Below, piece after piece: positions 36,196 to 49,299 of a stretch of DNA of 64,000 nt. The DNA lies in assembly GCA_965112155.1 (NCBI GenBank), contig OZ218102.1. One strand, written 5' to 3'. The translations under genes were made by a program, and so were the position numbers. Below the pieces are notes generated by a model that was not told the DNA's origin, did not search any database, and saw only the letters and a list, made by a program, of their open reading frames with translations. The stretch's first letter is position 1. The number at the start of each line of letters is the position of its first letter. This stretch comes from Podarcis liolepis. Taxonomy: Eukaryota.

Positions 36196-36982
36196 ACTTG
36201 GGTGCCATTATCTGGGATATTTATTTAGCCACTGCCCCCCCCCCAATAAAAATCCGGTGGGTGTGAATGCCTCCCTGTCCCCTGTACTTTTCTGCTCTGA
36301 AGAAAAGGCTAGAAATCAGGGTGGAGTGGGGGAAAGAAAAGAAAATCAAGACATTTGCAAACTCCGGATATATCTTTCCTAGGAAGTCGTCTAGCTTAGC
36401 CCAGAGTCTAGTCAGTTTGCACACTAATTGCCAGTGCTTACATGGAGAGTGGAAAGAACGAAAACAGCTGCAAATAATTACACATGTGACCCCCTCCCCC
36501 CTTCACGGTGAAGTGTGGGAGCCAAGGGTAGGTCAGCTTATGATACTTGGAAGCAGGCATTGCAGTCTTTTGTGAGAGAGACGTCTAACATCAGCTTGTT
36601 TTATTGCAGCCAATATGTATTTATGAAGCTGGATTCTTATTTTTAAAAGGTATCTGTCCTTTTAAAGTGTCCCCCAGGGTATAATCTTTCCCCTCAATGC
36701 ACAATACTAAAACAGGAGGCTTTCTGTAAGAAACCTGGGGGTATTTTGGATTATTATTATTGGTACCACTCTTTTAAATCTGTGCACTCAGATAATTCGC
36801 TGGCAAATGTTAAAACGAATCACAGAAACTGTAATCATAGCTGCCAGCTGCTCTCCCAAATGGGTAATAAATAATGAATAATAATTAATACTACCCTTTC
36901 TGGAGATTCTAAAGCCAAAATATTTGTTTACTAATAGTACCGTAAATGGAACAACAGATAGGTGGGCAATTTAGTGATGATG

Positions 36983-37044
<62 letters not shown>

Positions 37045-37328
37045 TTATTTATAGCCTGCCCATCTTGCTGGGTTTCCCCAGCCAATCTGGGCAGCTTACA
37101 GAAAATATATAAAACATAATATAGCATCAAAGATGAAAAACTTCCTGATACAGGGCTGCCTTCAGATGTCATCTAAAAGTTGTATAGTTCTTTATCTCCT
37201 TGACGTCTGAAGGAAGGGTGTTCCACAGGGAGGGTGCCACCACTGAGAAGGCCCTCTGCCTCGTTCCCTGTAACTTTGCTTCTTGCAGAAAGGGAACCAG
37301 CAGAAGACCCTTGGAGGAGGACCTCAGC
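36983..37328 (-). mobile_element. L2-clade LINE 3' end with about 20 AAT units as tail (36983-37044)
   Basis: cagggctgccttcagatgtc...gttccacaggg; homologous to 41300-41615 and 61991-62447. Confidence 0.88.
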
Positions 37329-38234
37329 AACATCTGAAGGGCCCCAGCTTCCCCACCCCAGATTTAATCCTGAACATCATTATTTGAGAGCAAAACCCAC
37401 TGAACTCACTGGAGCTAATTTCTGAATTAATATGAAGAGCATTGTGCCATTTATTTGGCAATGACGGACCCAGGAATATAGGTGACAAATAAGAGGAACT
37501 AGCTTTGCTGACTTCAAAACTGGAATTTTGGCACTTTCAGGCAGGTCCTCACAGCGTCCAGGATTATTTTGTCAGCACAAAGTCTGGGGTTTATGAGTAA
37601 ATTAAGGGTCAACAACTGGAGATCCTAGGGCCAAACCCACCTCCTGAAGCACATCTCACTTCACTACCCTCCCCCATCTGTGGAATGTAGAAGTGTGGAG
37701 GGGAAATGGTGGCTGCGGGATTATTGGCAGCCCACCTTGAGGTCAGTGGGAAGGGACCTGGCCAGCAATTCTTTACCCTCTATTCAGCATGAGCCTCTGA
37801 AAGACTAGTTACTCATTTTGTGCGTGTAAATGCATTCCCTCATTAAAACGTCTTAATTCCACCGTTTCCTCCAAAAACCTTCAAAGTGGCTAACCATAAA
37901 ACAACGAAAGCAGCCCTGAAGCAATAATTATAGACAAAAAATCTACCTCAAATTCCAAACCACAAGGAAACAGCTATGTGCAGAATTAGTTTACACTCAT
38001 GGCTAAGCACCTGCTGGTACCACTAGGCCTTCGCTGCTGCTCCACCAAAGACCCATGAGCAACGAGGATAGGCTGCTCTGTCTCAAGAGGGCTTCCCCCC
38101 GCTTTAGGTGCCACAACTGAATGGCCTTTGTCTCTCATGCCCACCCGTAACTTCTCAAGATGGTGGCCGTGTCTAGAGCAGCAGAGCCTTTGATGATAAT
38201 ATATGGGCAGGTTCATCCACTAGGAGGAAGTCTA

Positions 38235-39420
38235 TAGACCGGGATTCTGGAATGTAGGTTCAGTTTAAACATTAATCCAATTTCTCGGTGGAGGGAGGAG
38301 GGAAACAGACAAATAATAAAAAGTACTGAGGAGCAATGCTTTTTTTCTAAAAAAAAATGTTTAGGGGTACTCTCATTTTCCTACTCATATTGAAATACTT
38401 AGATTCACAAAATATTTAGGGGTATGCGTACCCCTTGCGTCCCCCCAGAAAAAATCAGAAGACTTAAAGTCAGAAAAGAAATCCCAGAGTATTATTTCTC
38501 AGGACAAAGAAATGAGAAAAAAAATGTTAACGGAATAGGATTTGGGGAAAACTAAACATCCGCCAGGCTTTATCTTTAAGCACAATAGACCTAATAGCAT
38601 ACAAGGCTTAATAACTGTTTATTCATGTTCTGCTTTATGCAACAAGATTTGCTTCGTGTAAGAATCATAATGAGGCTAACTACCCCCTGACTCAGACTTG
38701 AAAAGCAATTGGACAATCTCAGTATTCTTCACCAGAAAAAAAATTGTAACATACACTTTTAAAACATCCCTTGTTATGGTCACTAACTGGGTTGAAGAAT
38801 ATAAATTTGAGCAAAAGATGGAAAGAGAAAATGGAAATAATATTGGGTAATGCAGTTACTCTTATTATGGAACTTAAAAGTTTTGCTCCAAGGGGTTTAA
38901 ATAATTGAAAATCCAAATTAGTAGAGAGTGGCATAAAATTACAGTTACTTCTATGAGAATACAGAATGTACTACCCAGACTAAGCTACGAAAGAAGAGTC
39001 TCTGCAAAGCCTTTCACATTTACATTTGCTTTTGGCGGCTTCAAAAGAATAATTAAGGCCAAATTAACTCTAAAGTCATATAGAACTGTGGAAACGTAAA
39101 AGAACAAGGATTAAAGCTCAATATTTTAAGGATATAATGCAGGTGAGGAGCATTTTGACTTGCAAATAGACAAAATGAAATTGGATAAAAATAGTTATTC
39201 TATATAGTGGTCCCCTTCTGGGGGGAAAACCTCTTAATATCTGCTTGTTAATGGGCAGAGTAAAGAGAATTCTTATGACTTGGCCAGTAATGCTTCTAGA
39301 ATGTACAGATAAGCAAGCAGACCATTTTGGTGAGATTACAAGGGAATTTGAAGCATGTTTCTCAATGATGTCAATTACCACAATATAATCTGAATGATGA
39401 CACTGAAACATCAACAACAA
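38235..39420 (+). mobile_element. Heavily decayed RTE-clade LINE (endonuclease and linker)
   Basis: Collinear motifs FWNVGS (38245), ISRWREEG (38280), EYYFSGQRNEKKNVNGIGF (38487-38543), DKQADHFGEITREFEA (39308); A-rich strand bias. Confidence 0.5.
38334..38459. mobile_element. hAT MITE, inverted copy of 31575-31710
   Basis: aatgtttaggggtactctcattttcctactcatattgaaatact is the exact reverse complement of part of 31575-31710. Confidence 0.85.
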
Positions 39421-39524
39421 ATTCAAAAGCTTGTAAAGGATCTACACATATTAGAACAGAGGCACAGTATTGTATAGCTTCCATCTACTTTATAATGATA
39501 ATCACGGTTTATTAAAACTGACTC

Positions 39525-39663
39525 TGCAGGGATGGGAGCCTCTAACTCGCCAGACATTGTTGGACTCTAAATCCCATGAGCCCCAGCCAATGTGGCCAAT
39601 GGTCAGGGATGCTAGGAGTTGTAGTCCAACAACATCTGGAGGGCTACAGATTCCCGCTCATGG
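39525..39663. mobile_element. Degenerate GGACTACAA-family MITE
   Basis: gggatgctaggagttgtagtccaacaacatctggagggc. Confidence 0.7.
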
Positions 39664-39761
39664 GTTATAGATGCTGAGGTGAAGTAGAGGTGCCTGTCTC
39701 ACAAAGGAATATTCAGCACTTGAAGACTGCAGTATAGAACAACAGTTTGTAGATGTCAATT

Positions 39762-39950
39762 GGCTCTGTGTGGTGTAGTGGTTAAGAGCAGTAGACTGCT
39801 CCTCCATATGCAGCTGCTGGGTGACCTTGGACTGGTCACACTTCTCTGAAGTCTCTCAGCCTCACTCGCCTCACAGAATGTTTGTTGTGGGGGAGGAAGG
39901 GAAAGGAGAATGTTAGGCGCTTTGAGACTCCTTAAGGTAGTGATAAAGTG
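39762..39950 (+). mobile_element. Squam3-type SINE, B-box region deleted, tail lost in gap
   Basis: Aligns to the 49376 copy with a deletion after gtagact. Confidence 0.88.
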
Positions 39951-40088
39951 NNNNNNNNNNNNNNNNNNNNNNNNNNNNNNNNNNNNNNNNNNNNNNNNNN
40001 NNNNNNNNNNNNNNNNNNNNNNNNNNNNNNNNNNNNNNNNNNNNNNNNNNNNNNNNNNNNNNNNNNNNNNNNNNNNNNNNNNNNNNNN
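39951..40088. other. Assembly gap (138 N)
   Basis: N run. Confidence 0.99.
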
Positions 40089-41299
40089 CCACATCAAATA
40101 AGTCTCTTGTTGCTTGATATTACCTCAAGTGATAGCACCTCAGGCTTTTTTCATATCATTTCACATTGGGCTTGAAATGAAGATCGCAGTGTGTTTATGC
40201 AACTTTGCTGGAAATGGCTAAAGTTAAATTAACAACTCTTGCAAGTGGTATAATTGTTCTGAACTACTAGGGATGTACGCAGGTGGAAAAATATCTTTGG
40301 AACCTGTTTTGACACTTTGGATAGCGGGTTACTTCAGTTCAGCGCCTTGGGCTGCCTTCTTGCTTCAGTCTGGATCCAAAACAAAGCCTCACTTCAGCTA
40401 TTTATCATTTTGGGTTGACTTTAAACAATGGGAGAGGTGGTACCAGAGACTGCAAGATTGGTCTCCCCCTGGTCCCCAGCTACGTTACCTGTCTGGTAGG
40501 GATGGAGGGGACATTTTGAACTGCCCATTTAAAAACAGCCCTGCATGGGAAGGCAGCCAAAAAGACCTTTCTAAAGCAAGACAGGCCAGAGAAAACTTTA
40601 CCACCCTGCTCCACGTGTTAATTCCCAACAGACTGTGCCCCAAATGCCAGCAATATTTGCACAATCTTTCCTCTATCATGTACAGAGCTTTATGCAGAAG
40701 TGCTCCCATGTCTGAGCGATGTAATGTACCCTATACACCTTGCAGCTGAACCTCTGCAACCCCTGGTCATCCGACAATCTGACCTAGTCAACTACACAGC
40801 AAAGCAGTTTTCCTCCCTGTAAGCTCTTTTCCAGCTGTGTAGGAGGAACACTATTTGCTCTTTTAAAAAAAGAAAAAAGAAGAATATGTTTTTTAACTCA
40901 CAGAACTGTTCCTGTTTAGCGACCTCCCCCTCCCACACCCTTCAGTTCTAGCAGAGGGCTTTTTGTCCTCCGAACTCTGAGTGCTCCTTTCATCAGGTTT
41001 TGGACCTGGCCCTGCATTGCTTGAGCATCCAAATCTCCCACTTGAGGCCATAGGAGTTTGCTTTTGTCAGAACACGTGCTCCGATCCATAGCTTTTTGAA
41101 TTTCGGTCCGCGTCTCAAACCAGCATACATCTGGCTGGTTTCAGTATGTTCTGGGATCCCTACCTGCCCTTTCCACGAAGATAAACCTTCCTTTGGAACC
41201 AACCTTTCGATTCCAGCTCACACCCTGCAATCCAGAAGAACACATGAAATACTTGTGCAGCGGCTTCTTCTATTACTCCAGGGCCAGGGGAGTCATTGA

Positions 41300-41615
41300 A
41301 ACACGGGTTTCCCCAGCCACTCTAGGCGGCTCCCAACAGAACATTAAAAACACAATAAAAAAATCAAACATTAAAAAATTCCTTAAACAGGGCTGCCTTC
41401 AGATGTCTTCTAAAAGATGGATAGTTGTTTATTTCCTTGACATCTGATGGGAGGGCATTCCACAGGGCAGGCGCCACTACCGAGAAGGCCGTCTGCCTGG
41501 TTCCCTGTAACCTCACGTCTTGCAGGGAGGGAACCGCCAGAAGGTCCTCAGAGCTGGACCTCAGTGTCCAGGCTGAACGATGGTGGTGGAGATGCTCCTT
41601 CAGGTATACCAAGGT
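41300..41615 (-). mobile_element. L2-clade LINE 3' fragment
   Basis: YLKEHL...TLRSS...AFSVVAPALWNALPSDVKE...FRRHLKAALF. Confidence 0.88.
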
Positions 41616-41800
41616 CTGGTGAAGGCAAACCTCTCCATTCAGTTTTAAAACCCCACCCAAAATGCTGGTGACAGTGTTTCTTTATCTAAGGAAAACTCAA
41701 TTCCACTTGAAAATGTAACAAATCTGGGGCATTATTTTCATCTTGCTTACATTTATTGTCCAGAACTTCTCAAACAGCTCTGGGAAGCTTATTAAACTTA

Positions 41801-41850
<50 letters not shown>
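41801..41850. repeat. (AAT)n microsatellite
   Basis: Read directly. Confidence 0.96.
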
Positions 41851-41852
<2 letters not shown>

Positions 41853-42498
41853 TGATAAGAATCTAGACATTTAACAACAACCTAAAGAAAGATTGCTTCT
41901 AGAAGATAGTGTCTCAACTGTATATTATTTTTCTGGAGTTCCAGCTAAGGACACGGCGTTCCTGTAGACGTCCAATGGAGGCAGATCGGCACAATCTGCA
42001 AGAATCCTCCCAAGGACCGGAAGTCACAGGAGGTAATGGTAGGCGCATGGCAGACGATTAGCCAAACATGAAACATGCAAGGAAGCCAAGGTGGGCTCAT
42101 TGGGATGGTTAGCCCCCTGTGCTAAAATAAAAAAGCAATGTAAGTGTGTGTGCATGTGTGCATGTCCCATTTCATCCATCACTTTCTTGTGGGAATTCCC
42201 AGTCAAAGCACACCAATCAGTAAAATATATCACCTTGTGGGAATTTAGACTGCAGTCCTGCACACAGCTTGCTGGGGATAATTCCCACAGAATTCAGTGG
42301 AATTCCTTCTGAGTATGTGTATATAGGATTGTACAGAGGCCTTAACCTTGATCTACCCAGGCTGGGTGGTTTTATATATATATATAATAAATCTAATTTA
42401 ATATATGTCAGGAGTTGTTGGACTAGCTCCCATCAGCCCTAGACAGCATGGGCCAATGGTGATGGTAGGACCTGCAGTCCAAAGAATATCATGTAAAG

Positions 42499-42749
42499 CA
42501 GGGGTAGGCAAACTAAGGCCCAGGGGCCGGATGCGGCCCATTCGCCTTCTCAGTCCGTCCCACAGACGGTCTGGGAATCAGCGTGTTTTTACATGAGTAG
42601 AATGTGTCCTTTTATTTAAAATGCATCTCTGGGTTATTTGTGGGGCATAAGGGTTCATTCATTTTTTCCCTTCAAAATATAGTCCGGCCCACCACATGGT
42701 CTGAGGGACGGTGGACTAGCCCACAGCTGAAAAAGGTTGCTGACTCCTG
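42499..42749. mobile_element. hAT/Charlie MITE resembling OposCharlie1 (OC1) derivatives
   Basis: caggggtaggcaaact ... aggttgctgactcctg; TSD at(g/t)taaag (7/8); subterminal gtccggccc...ggtctgagggacggtg; OC1 link from memory. Confidence 0.8.
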
Positions 42750-45069
42750 ATTTAAAGCCTTTCTGGTGGTGGTTCATCCAAAAGAGAAAAATGCACTTGC
42801 TCAGGCACTCTCCAGTGAGATGGTTCCACCTGTGTGTGTGTGTCAGAAGATCTTGCCAACGACTGGTATGAGGGATTCCAGTTTACTTATTTCTATCTTT
42901 TCTGGGTGCCACTCCCCTCATTCTCCCCCTCCCCAGTTCCTCAACACTTGCTGAGTTTGAAACTTCTGCCAGGTGATGAGAGCCTCTGCTGCAGTGCTAA
43001 GATGTCCTCATGGCTCAAGTAAGTGATGCTTCCTGAGGGGCTCAAGTGATGCTTCCTCGTGGTGATGCTTCCCGAGGGGCACCTGGGACTAATCTGTACA
43101 CAGCGGAGGACTCCATTAAGCAGATGCTCAGGCACTTCAAAGGAGGGAAGAGGAGGAACACTTCCCATGGGATGTTCACTCGGCGTTACTCATGCAAATT
43201 TGAGAAGGCCCATTTCATACGGTTGCCACATTTCAAAAAGTAAAAACTGGGACACCCCCCAAAATTGTCCAGCTTTTCATAAAGAAAACCTGAAAGCTGT
43301 TGAGCTATTTTCCTACCTTTCACTAAGAGGGGCTTAACATGAAGGGTGTGGCGCTTGGAGGCAAAGGTTGCTGCTCTGCATGGTGGAATGTGGTCTGTAC
43401 CTGGCAGTAGCAAAGGGAGAGAAAAGAACAGGGACCATATTTTGCTGAGAGAACAGTTTGTTGAGTTGTCTTCTCTGTCTATCCACTGACATCTCACAGC
43501 AGCCATTCCATCCGGCTACAGCAGAGGGAGAAGTGGACTGTAGGATCACTCCACCAGTGCCAGGAGACCAGCTCCATTTTGTTCCTCCTGTCCCTGAAAC
43601 GTTCATTCAAGCTTCATATTAGAACTTGGAGAACTGGTGGCTGAGTTTGCTTGTTTTCCTCTTCCCTCCCCCTCCCCTTTTCCTTTTGCGTCTTGTCTAT
43701 TTGTTATTTCTTCTACATAAACCACCTTGAGATCCTTGGAAAAGATCCTTTTAATTAATTTGTTAATTAAAGCAATGTTTTATTCATCCTTACTCGGTGA
43801 TGGAAACTTCCTCCCGAAGCTCCTGATTTGGTATGGACATAGGAACTTTCTGCCTAGACGTGCACTGAATTATAGGGTGGAATTTGATGCCAAGAACATT
43901 GTGCGTAATGCACAAATTCAGATCAGGACTGCCTGGCAGTTATTCTTTCAGTTTGCCAGAAGAGGGTGCTGCTCCCTTAAAATATAAGTAGCGGACAGAT
44001 GAAAGCGATCCAAGTTAAACTACAAGCCAGAGGGCTTGAGAAACATAGCCAGATGTGTTCAGAGAATGAAGGTGCAAGAATCAGTGGTCAAACAGTCCTA
44101 TTTAATACACAGCTTGTCCTAAAGCTAACCCCCTTGTTTGCTTAGGCCTTTTGTAGAAAGCTAGCAACAGAAGCAGGAGAAAATGACCCGGGGACCTTCT
44201 GCATATTTAAAAATAGATGCCTAGATTTCTCATAGTTTGCGTGCCATTGGCTCACAATGTACAGCGAACTTCTGTGATCTGAAACAATGCTTGAATTGTG
44301 AAACCAAATATTTGTGCTTTCTTCCCCAATGCTGCCTCGTCGGAGAAAACCCCTGTTACAAAAGGCAAACTGTTTGGTTTACCCGAGTGGCCGTGGCATC
44401 AGTCCCAGCCACTGATAGACTGGCTTCAAGGAGTCCTTGAATGTCCTTGCTTTGAGGAGATGTCAGCTTGTCCGGAGACTTAAAAACTGGGAGGTTGACT
44501 TCCCAAACCTTTTAGAGTCACACAGATTGCAGGGGTGGGGTGGACGTTTTCCTGGCGTGGCTCTTGCCTGACACGGCAAGGCAGGCCTACAATCCATGTG
44601 GTTTGTGGTCTGGGAAAATGCAAAGTGTGGTCTGGAAAAACAAATAGTGTGCTTAGACAGGGCTCAGAAAATACTAGGCAGATGTGAGAGTGGCTGTTTC
44701 GGCTTCAATCCTATGCACACTTACAAGATAGCAACCCTTTAACCTGGGAATAAACTCCATTTAATCCAATGGGATTTACTGCTGAGGAGACATGTCTGGA
44801 ATTGCTCTGTTGGCCATTTAATGCATGATTGCTTCTAGCATAATAAAGTGTGACTTTTTCATTGAATAAAGAGTTAAAATATATCTGATTAGCTTCATTT
44901 AGAAAAAAAGCCCTGGCCCTGGCAGAATGTCTATCCTGTCCATAGTTAAGGGGGGGGGGACGGGACAGAATGAAGAATGGCCAAGGAAGATTAATGCAAG
45001 GGAATTGTTTTGCTATTATTGACCTTTGTTTTGACTGTAAATAACATTAAAACATTCAAGTATTCATCT

Positions 45070-45207
45070 AAGGCGTGGAAAAGCTTGGCCCTTGCGATGT
45101 TGCTGAACTACAACTCCCAACCCCCCGCAAGCACACATGGCCGATGGACAGGGGTAATGGGACTTATAGTTCAGTAACATCTGAAGGGCCAAAGCTTCCC
45201 ACACCTG
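45070..45207. mobile_element. Degenerate GGACTACAA-family MITE
   Basis: Inverted symmetry; atctaagg on both sides (45066-45073, 45208-45215). Confidence 0.7.
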
Positions 45208-45487
45208 ATCTAAGGTGTGTCTTTTGTTTGTTTGACAACCATATGTGTAGTATTTAAACTCAGAAAGGCCAACCGCTTCCCATTTTACTCAGAGCAGGGA
45301 GAAGTGTGGGCAAGGTTATACTTTCTGATGACTCTCCAGGTATAACCAGGTTTGTAGAGCAGCTTTGCTCTGTATGTAAATGCTTGGCACTGAATTAATT
45401 CACTTTTAAAATTGGCAACCTTTTGCAAAGCGGGGAGACGAGACGCCCCAGAATTACCAGAATTATTTTTTGTACCTGGGCTGTAAA

Positions 45488-45866
45488 AAAGGTAAAAGTA
45501 AAGGTCCCCTGGACAGTTAAGTCCAGCCAAAGGCGACTATGGGGTTGCGGCGCCCATCCTGCTTTCAGTCTGAGGGAGCCAGCGTTTGTCCACAGACAGC
45601 TTTCCGGGTCATGAGGCCAGCATGACCGCTTCTGGCACAACGGAACACCGTGACAGAAACCAGAGTGCATGGAAACACCATTTACCTTCCCACCACAGCA
45701 GTGCCTATTTATCTACTTGCATTGGCGTGCTTTCGGAGTGCTAGGTTGGCAGAAGCTGGGATAAAGCAATGGGAGCTCACTCTGTTACAGGGATTCAAAC
45801 CGCCGGCCTTCTGATCGGCAAGCCCAAGAGGATCAGTGGTTCAGACCACAGCGCCATCCTCATCCC
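45488..45866 (-). mobile_element. Sauria SINE, divergent subfamily
   Basis: Same architecture plus extra segments (tttgtccacagac; acaacggaacaccgtgac). Confidence 0.9.
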
Positions 45867-48194
45867 ATAATGTTTTAGTATGCCACCAATGTCCCCCTCT
45901 CCCCCAGTGTATATATTCCCTATGGAGTTTATATTTGTCACTCTAAAAAAAAAATTGTCCAATGTAGGGCTCCATCTGGCTAAATGCCCATGAACCACAG
46001 CCTCCCATGTCATGCTTATATAATCAATCGCACTATGAACTGAAACACCAACATTTGAATATGCACATGGCTTTCTACACACCATGACTAACGTTCTTAT
46101 GATCCCAGCAAAGTTTTATAAGATGGTCAGCCTGATCCTGTGCAGAAGGAAGTGTGTCTTCCATTTGCGGCAGATGGCATGGCCACTTCCACAAGGCAGT
46201 TTGTTGTGGACCGAGGAGATATACATGCCAGTGGTTTAAAAGGTCACTTCCCCCTGCTGCAGTTCAAGCCACAGTTTTACATTTACTGCACACACCAGAG
46301 AAAGGGTAGGGGTGTTTTCACCCAGTGCCCATTACCTGATTTGTTTCCCTTTACCTGCAATCCCTGCCCTGAGCTGTCATCTATACATGTGCAATGGATG
46401 TCTGAAACGGACTGGATGGCCCATTGGTTTCTTCCAGCAGAACTCTTATGATGTTTTCGAATGTCCTAAGGAAGGTTGGGGTTTCTGGGGTGGGGTGTGG
46501 TTTTAAAAACCCCAAGGACTTCAGATTGCTGCCTTGTTTCTAGGTTCTTGATTCACAGAATCTTCAGAAGTTCAGTCCCAGATCTGTCTAGTTTCACATC
46601 CAGAAACGGAAAGCTTTGCAAAGATATATTTGATCTGAAACTGATAGAGACAATACTATTTGTTTAAAAAAAAGGTAAGAAAACACAAAAAACATATAAA
46701 CCAGGGCAGGACGTTGATGTTAATAGCTTTCATCTAATTTTAATTATGCTCACTATCTGTAAGGTACTATCATTGCTGCCCATGACCATTTTTCCTAATG
46801 TTTTTCAGTATGACCCATGTGGAGAAGGGAAAATTTTTGATTTTCCAAGAAGGAGGAAATATTTCGCAGAAGTATTTAAAAGAGCAATTCTCAGAGGGAG
46901 ACAGAGACAGATAATACAAAACAAACTAACCGCTTTGATCCAATTATAGTCATTTTTTAAAAAAAGGTATTTACTTGGAAGTGGGAAATAATTGCGGCAG
47001 AATGTAGATGCACAATTGAATGCACATCACAGCAAAAATAATGTCATGTGGAGACAGACCAGCCTATTTCTGTTAATTGTCAGCTTCGTAGAAGTGTGGA
47101 CAATTTTTGAAAAATAAATAAATAAAGACAATTTGAAAAAAATCATATAGGACCTGATTTTTCCTGACTCGAAGATGGCACAGCTGAATGCGTGAACCAG
47201 TGCCCTCTGCACCTGAGATGCTAAGAACATTTTGTGGTCCGTGATCGATCATCCCTCATCCAACCTGAAAAATAACACTGGGTGTTTCATTCCCAAGTGA
47301 TAAACTGCATGTGTGGACCAGCCTATGAAGAAGAGAGACACAGATTTAGAATTGCAGAGTTGGGAAGTTAGCATTTTAATATCTCGTCTTAAGAATGGGC
47401 TAAGGCTGCAGGTTGCTGAAGGCACTTTACCAGGGAGCAAGGCTTCAGAGTTAGATGTGCATAGGATTGCACCATAAATTTGTGCTAGTTCCCCCTCTTG
47501 CCCATCTGGCCGCCTGTTCAACAGTGAATGATTGATGTTGCCCTTTCTTTATAACAAACAGTTCCCAAAGCTTTGGATACAGAGATATGGCACAATGAAA
47601 GTACTGTGGGGCCGTTTCAACACTGCTCATTCAGTGCGTTGCAGTCGAAACTCTACAATTCAAAGCCTTGTGTCATTTCCTCATTTTCAGAAAGGAAGTT
47701 TAGACCTTTGGTTGTTATGATTAAAATATACGACCCCAAAGAAGGAGTTAATGCAGCTGGTTTGTTTTTCCTGTTCTCAGAAGCAGAGTTTTCTTATCCC
47801 TGGCCCTGGAAGCTCTCACGGTCATAGGCTCTTCCTGCAAATAGTCCTACTTAAAGGACTCCATCTTCATGTCCCTGCTCAGCAAGGCAGGGAGGGGAAG
47901 GAGCAAAGGGAACCAGAGTCTGAGGTTCGCGGACATTAAAACTGGAACGAAGAAGGCCCAGCTCATTCCCATTGTGATCACCTCTCCTTGATTCCAACGT
48001 TTCATCTTCCCACATACAAATGAACAGCCTTTTCTCATAATACTAAAAAACAGAGAAAAGGAAGTGGGGCAGGACTTGAACGAATGAAGGCCTGGGAAAA
48101 CTGAAGTTGGTTTATAAAGCTGATGGTGTGCTGTGCCACTGAGGGTTCCCTCAACCCTAGTATAAGGTTTGCCATTCCTGGCAAGCATGCATCA

Positions 48195-48520
48195 TAATGC
48201 CCAAAAAGCATTTTGGGACCCCACTATGAAGGCCTGCACAAAGGCTGCCTTGGCTCCTGTCAAGATCTCGCCCTTTGGATGGAAAGCTACCACTGAGGGA
48301 CCACGTGTTTGGCAGACATTACCTGCCACCAAATGATGTCCTTCGTAAGAAAGCTCATCTCAGCTTGGGCCGCTCACAATCACCGTGAGATGAGATGAGA
48401 CCATCCGTCTCAATTGGGATGACAGTGTTTGGCCCCCATATTATTCTATCTGTCATGTACTCTTCGGGTTCCAAAAGAATCCCTGTCTCATACATCATTA
48501 TTTTCCACAAAGGTTGAAAG
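48195..48520 (-). mobile_element. Possible DIRS/Ngaro fossil (tyrosine recombinase end plus SGNH hydrolase start)
   Basis: EPEEYMTDRIIWGPNT resembles the xPxxYxTHSFRIGAAT box; AFIVGSQNAFWA downstream resembles VWIVGHSxVFWA; catalytic residues not preserved. Confidence 0.3.
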
Positions 48521-49299
48521 CCCCCTCCTGGGAGGGGGGGAGTTTTGCTCCTTCCCACTCACTGCCCCACCCTTGATGTCCGAATACCTTCAGTGAGGAG
48601 AAGCAACTCCTTTGCGCAAGGCAGAAATCTGCATACGAATTAAAACCTCTCCAAGCAGGAGCTGGAAGGGAGAGAAGGGAAAGAAAAGCTTGAATAAAAA
48701 ATCTGAGCCAAGTTACACTTAATGCATCTGATTTCCCTCACACTCAGTGAAATGCTTAAAACACGCAGAGGGAGATCATGTGATTGAAAATGTGAAATCA
48801 ACAGAAGACTTTGAATGCTAAGAGGATCAACCTGGGTTTAGGGGCAATATGTGCATTTTCTCTTGTTTGTTTGTTATGTTCTGCCCACTTAGGTTTCTCT
48901 CGAGCCACAAGTTGTCTGAATCAGGCATGCAGAACTGATAGCCAAATGGATGATTCATCCAGCTTGGAGAATTTGTGCTCCCCTCAAAGGACAGCAGTAT
49001 TTCAATGTTTGGCAAAAGAAACGTATAATGTGACACCGTCATGTTGAGCATTTCCCTGCCCTGCTTCCCAACACATTAGTGGTTGCTTGCAGGGGGCTGT
49101 GGGTGGGGAGAGACCTGAACGCAATGACCTCACAGCACCCATTTATTTCCTAGACATTACTGGGGAGTTGCATGAGGTAGGCATGCGCTGGCCACACAAT
49201 CCCACATGATATCAAGGTAGGCCTCTGTAGGAAAAGGGATGTTTTAGAGACATTGGAAGGGAAGGTTCTGCTGACAGGACTCAATAAGTGAATCCCACT

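Noticed and set aside
40273-40749. 158-aa ORF
   Set aside because: Starts in a TAGGGATG transposon-like end; no domain or splice support
46809-46949. Acceptor-like site with open frames of 35-46 codons
   Set aside because: No strong donor and no recognisable peptide; not excluded but unsupported
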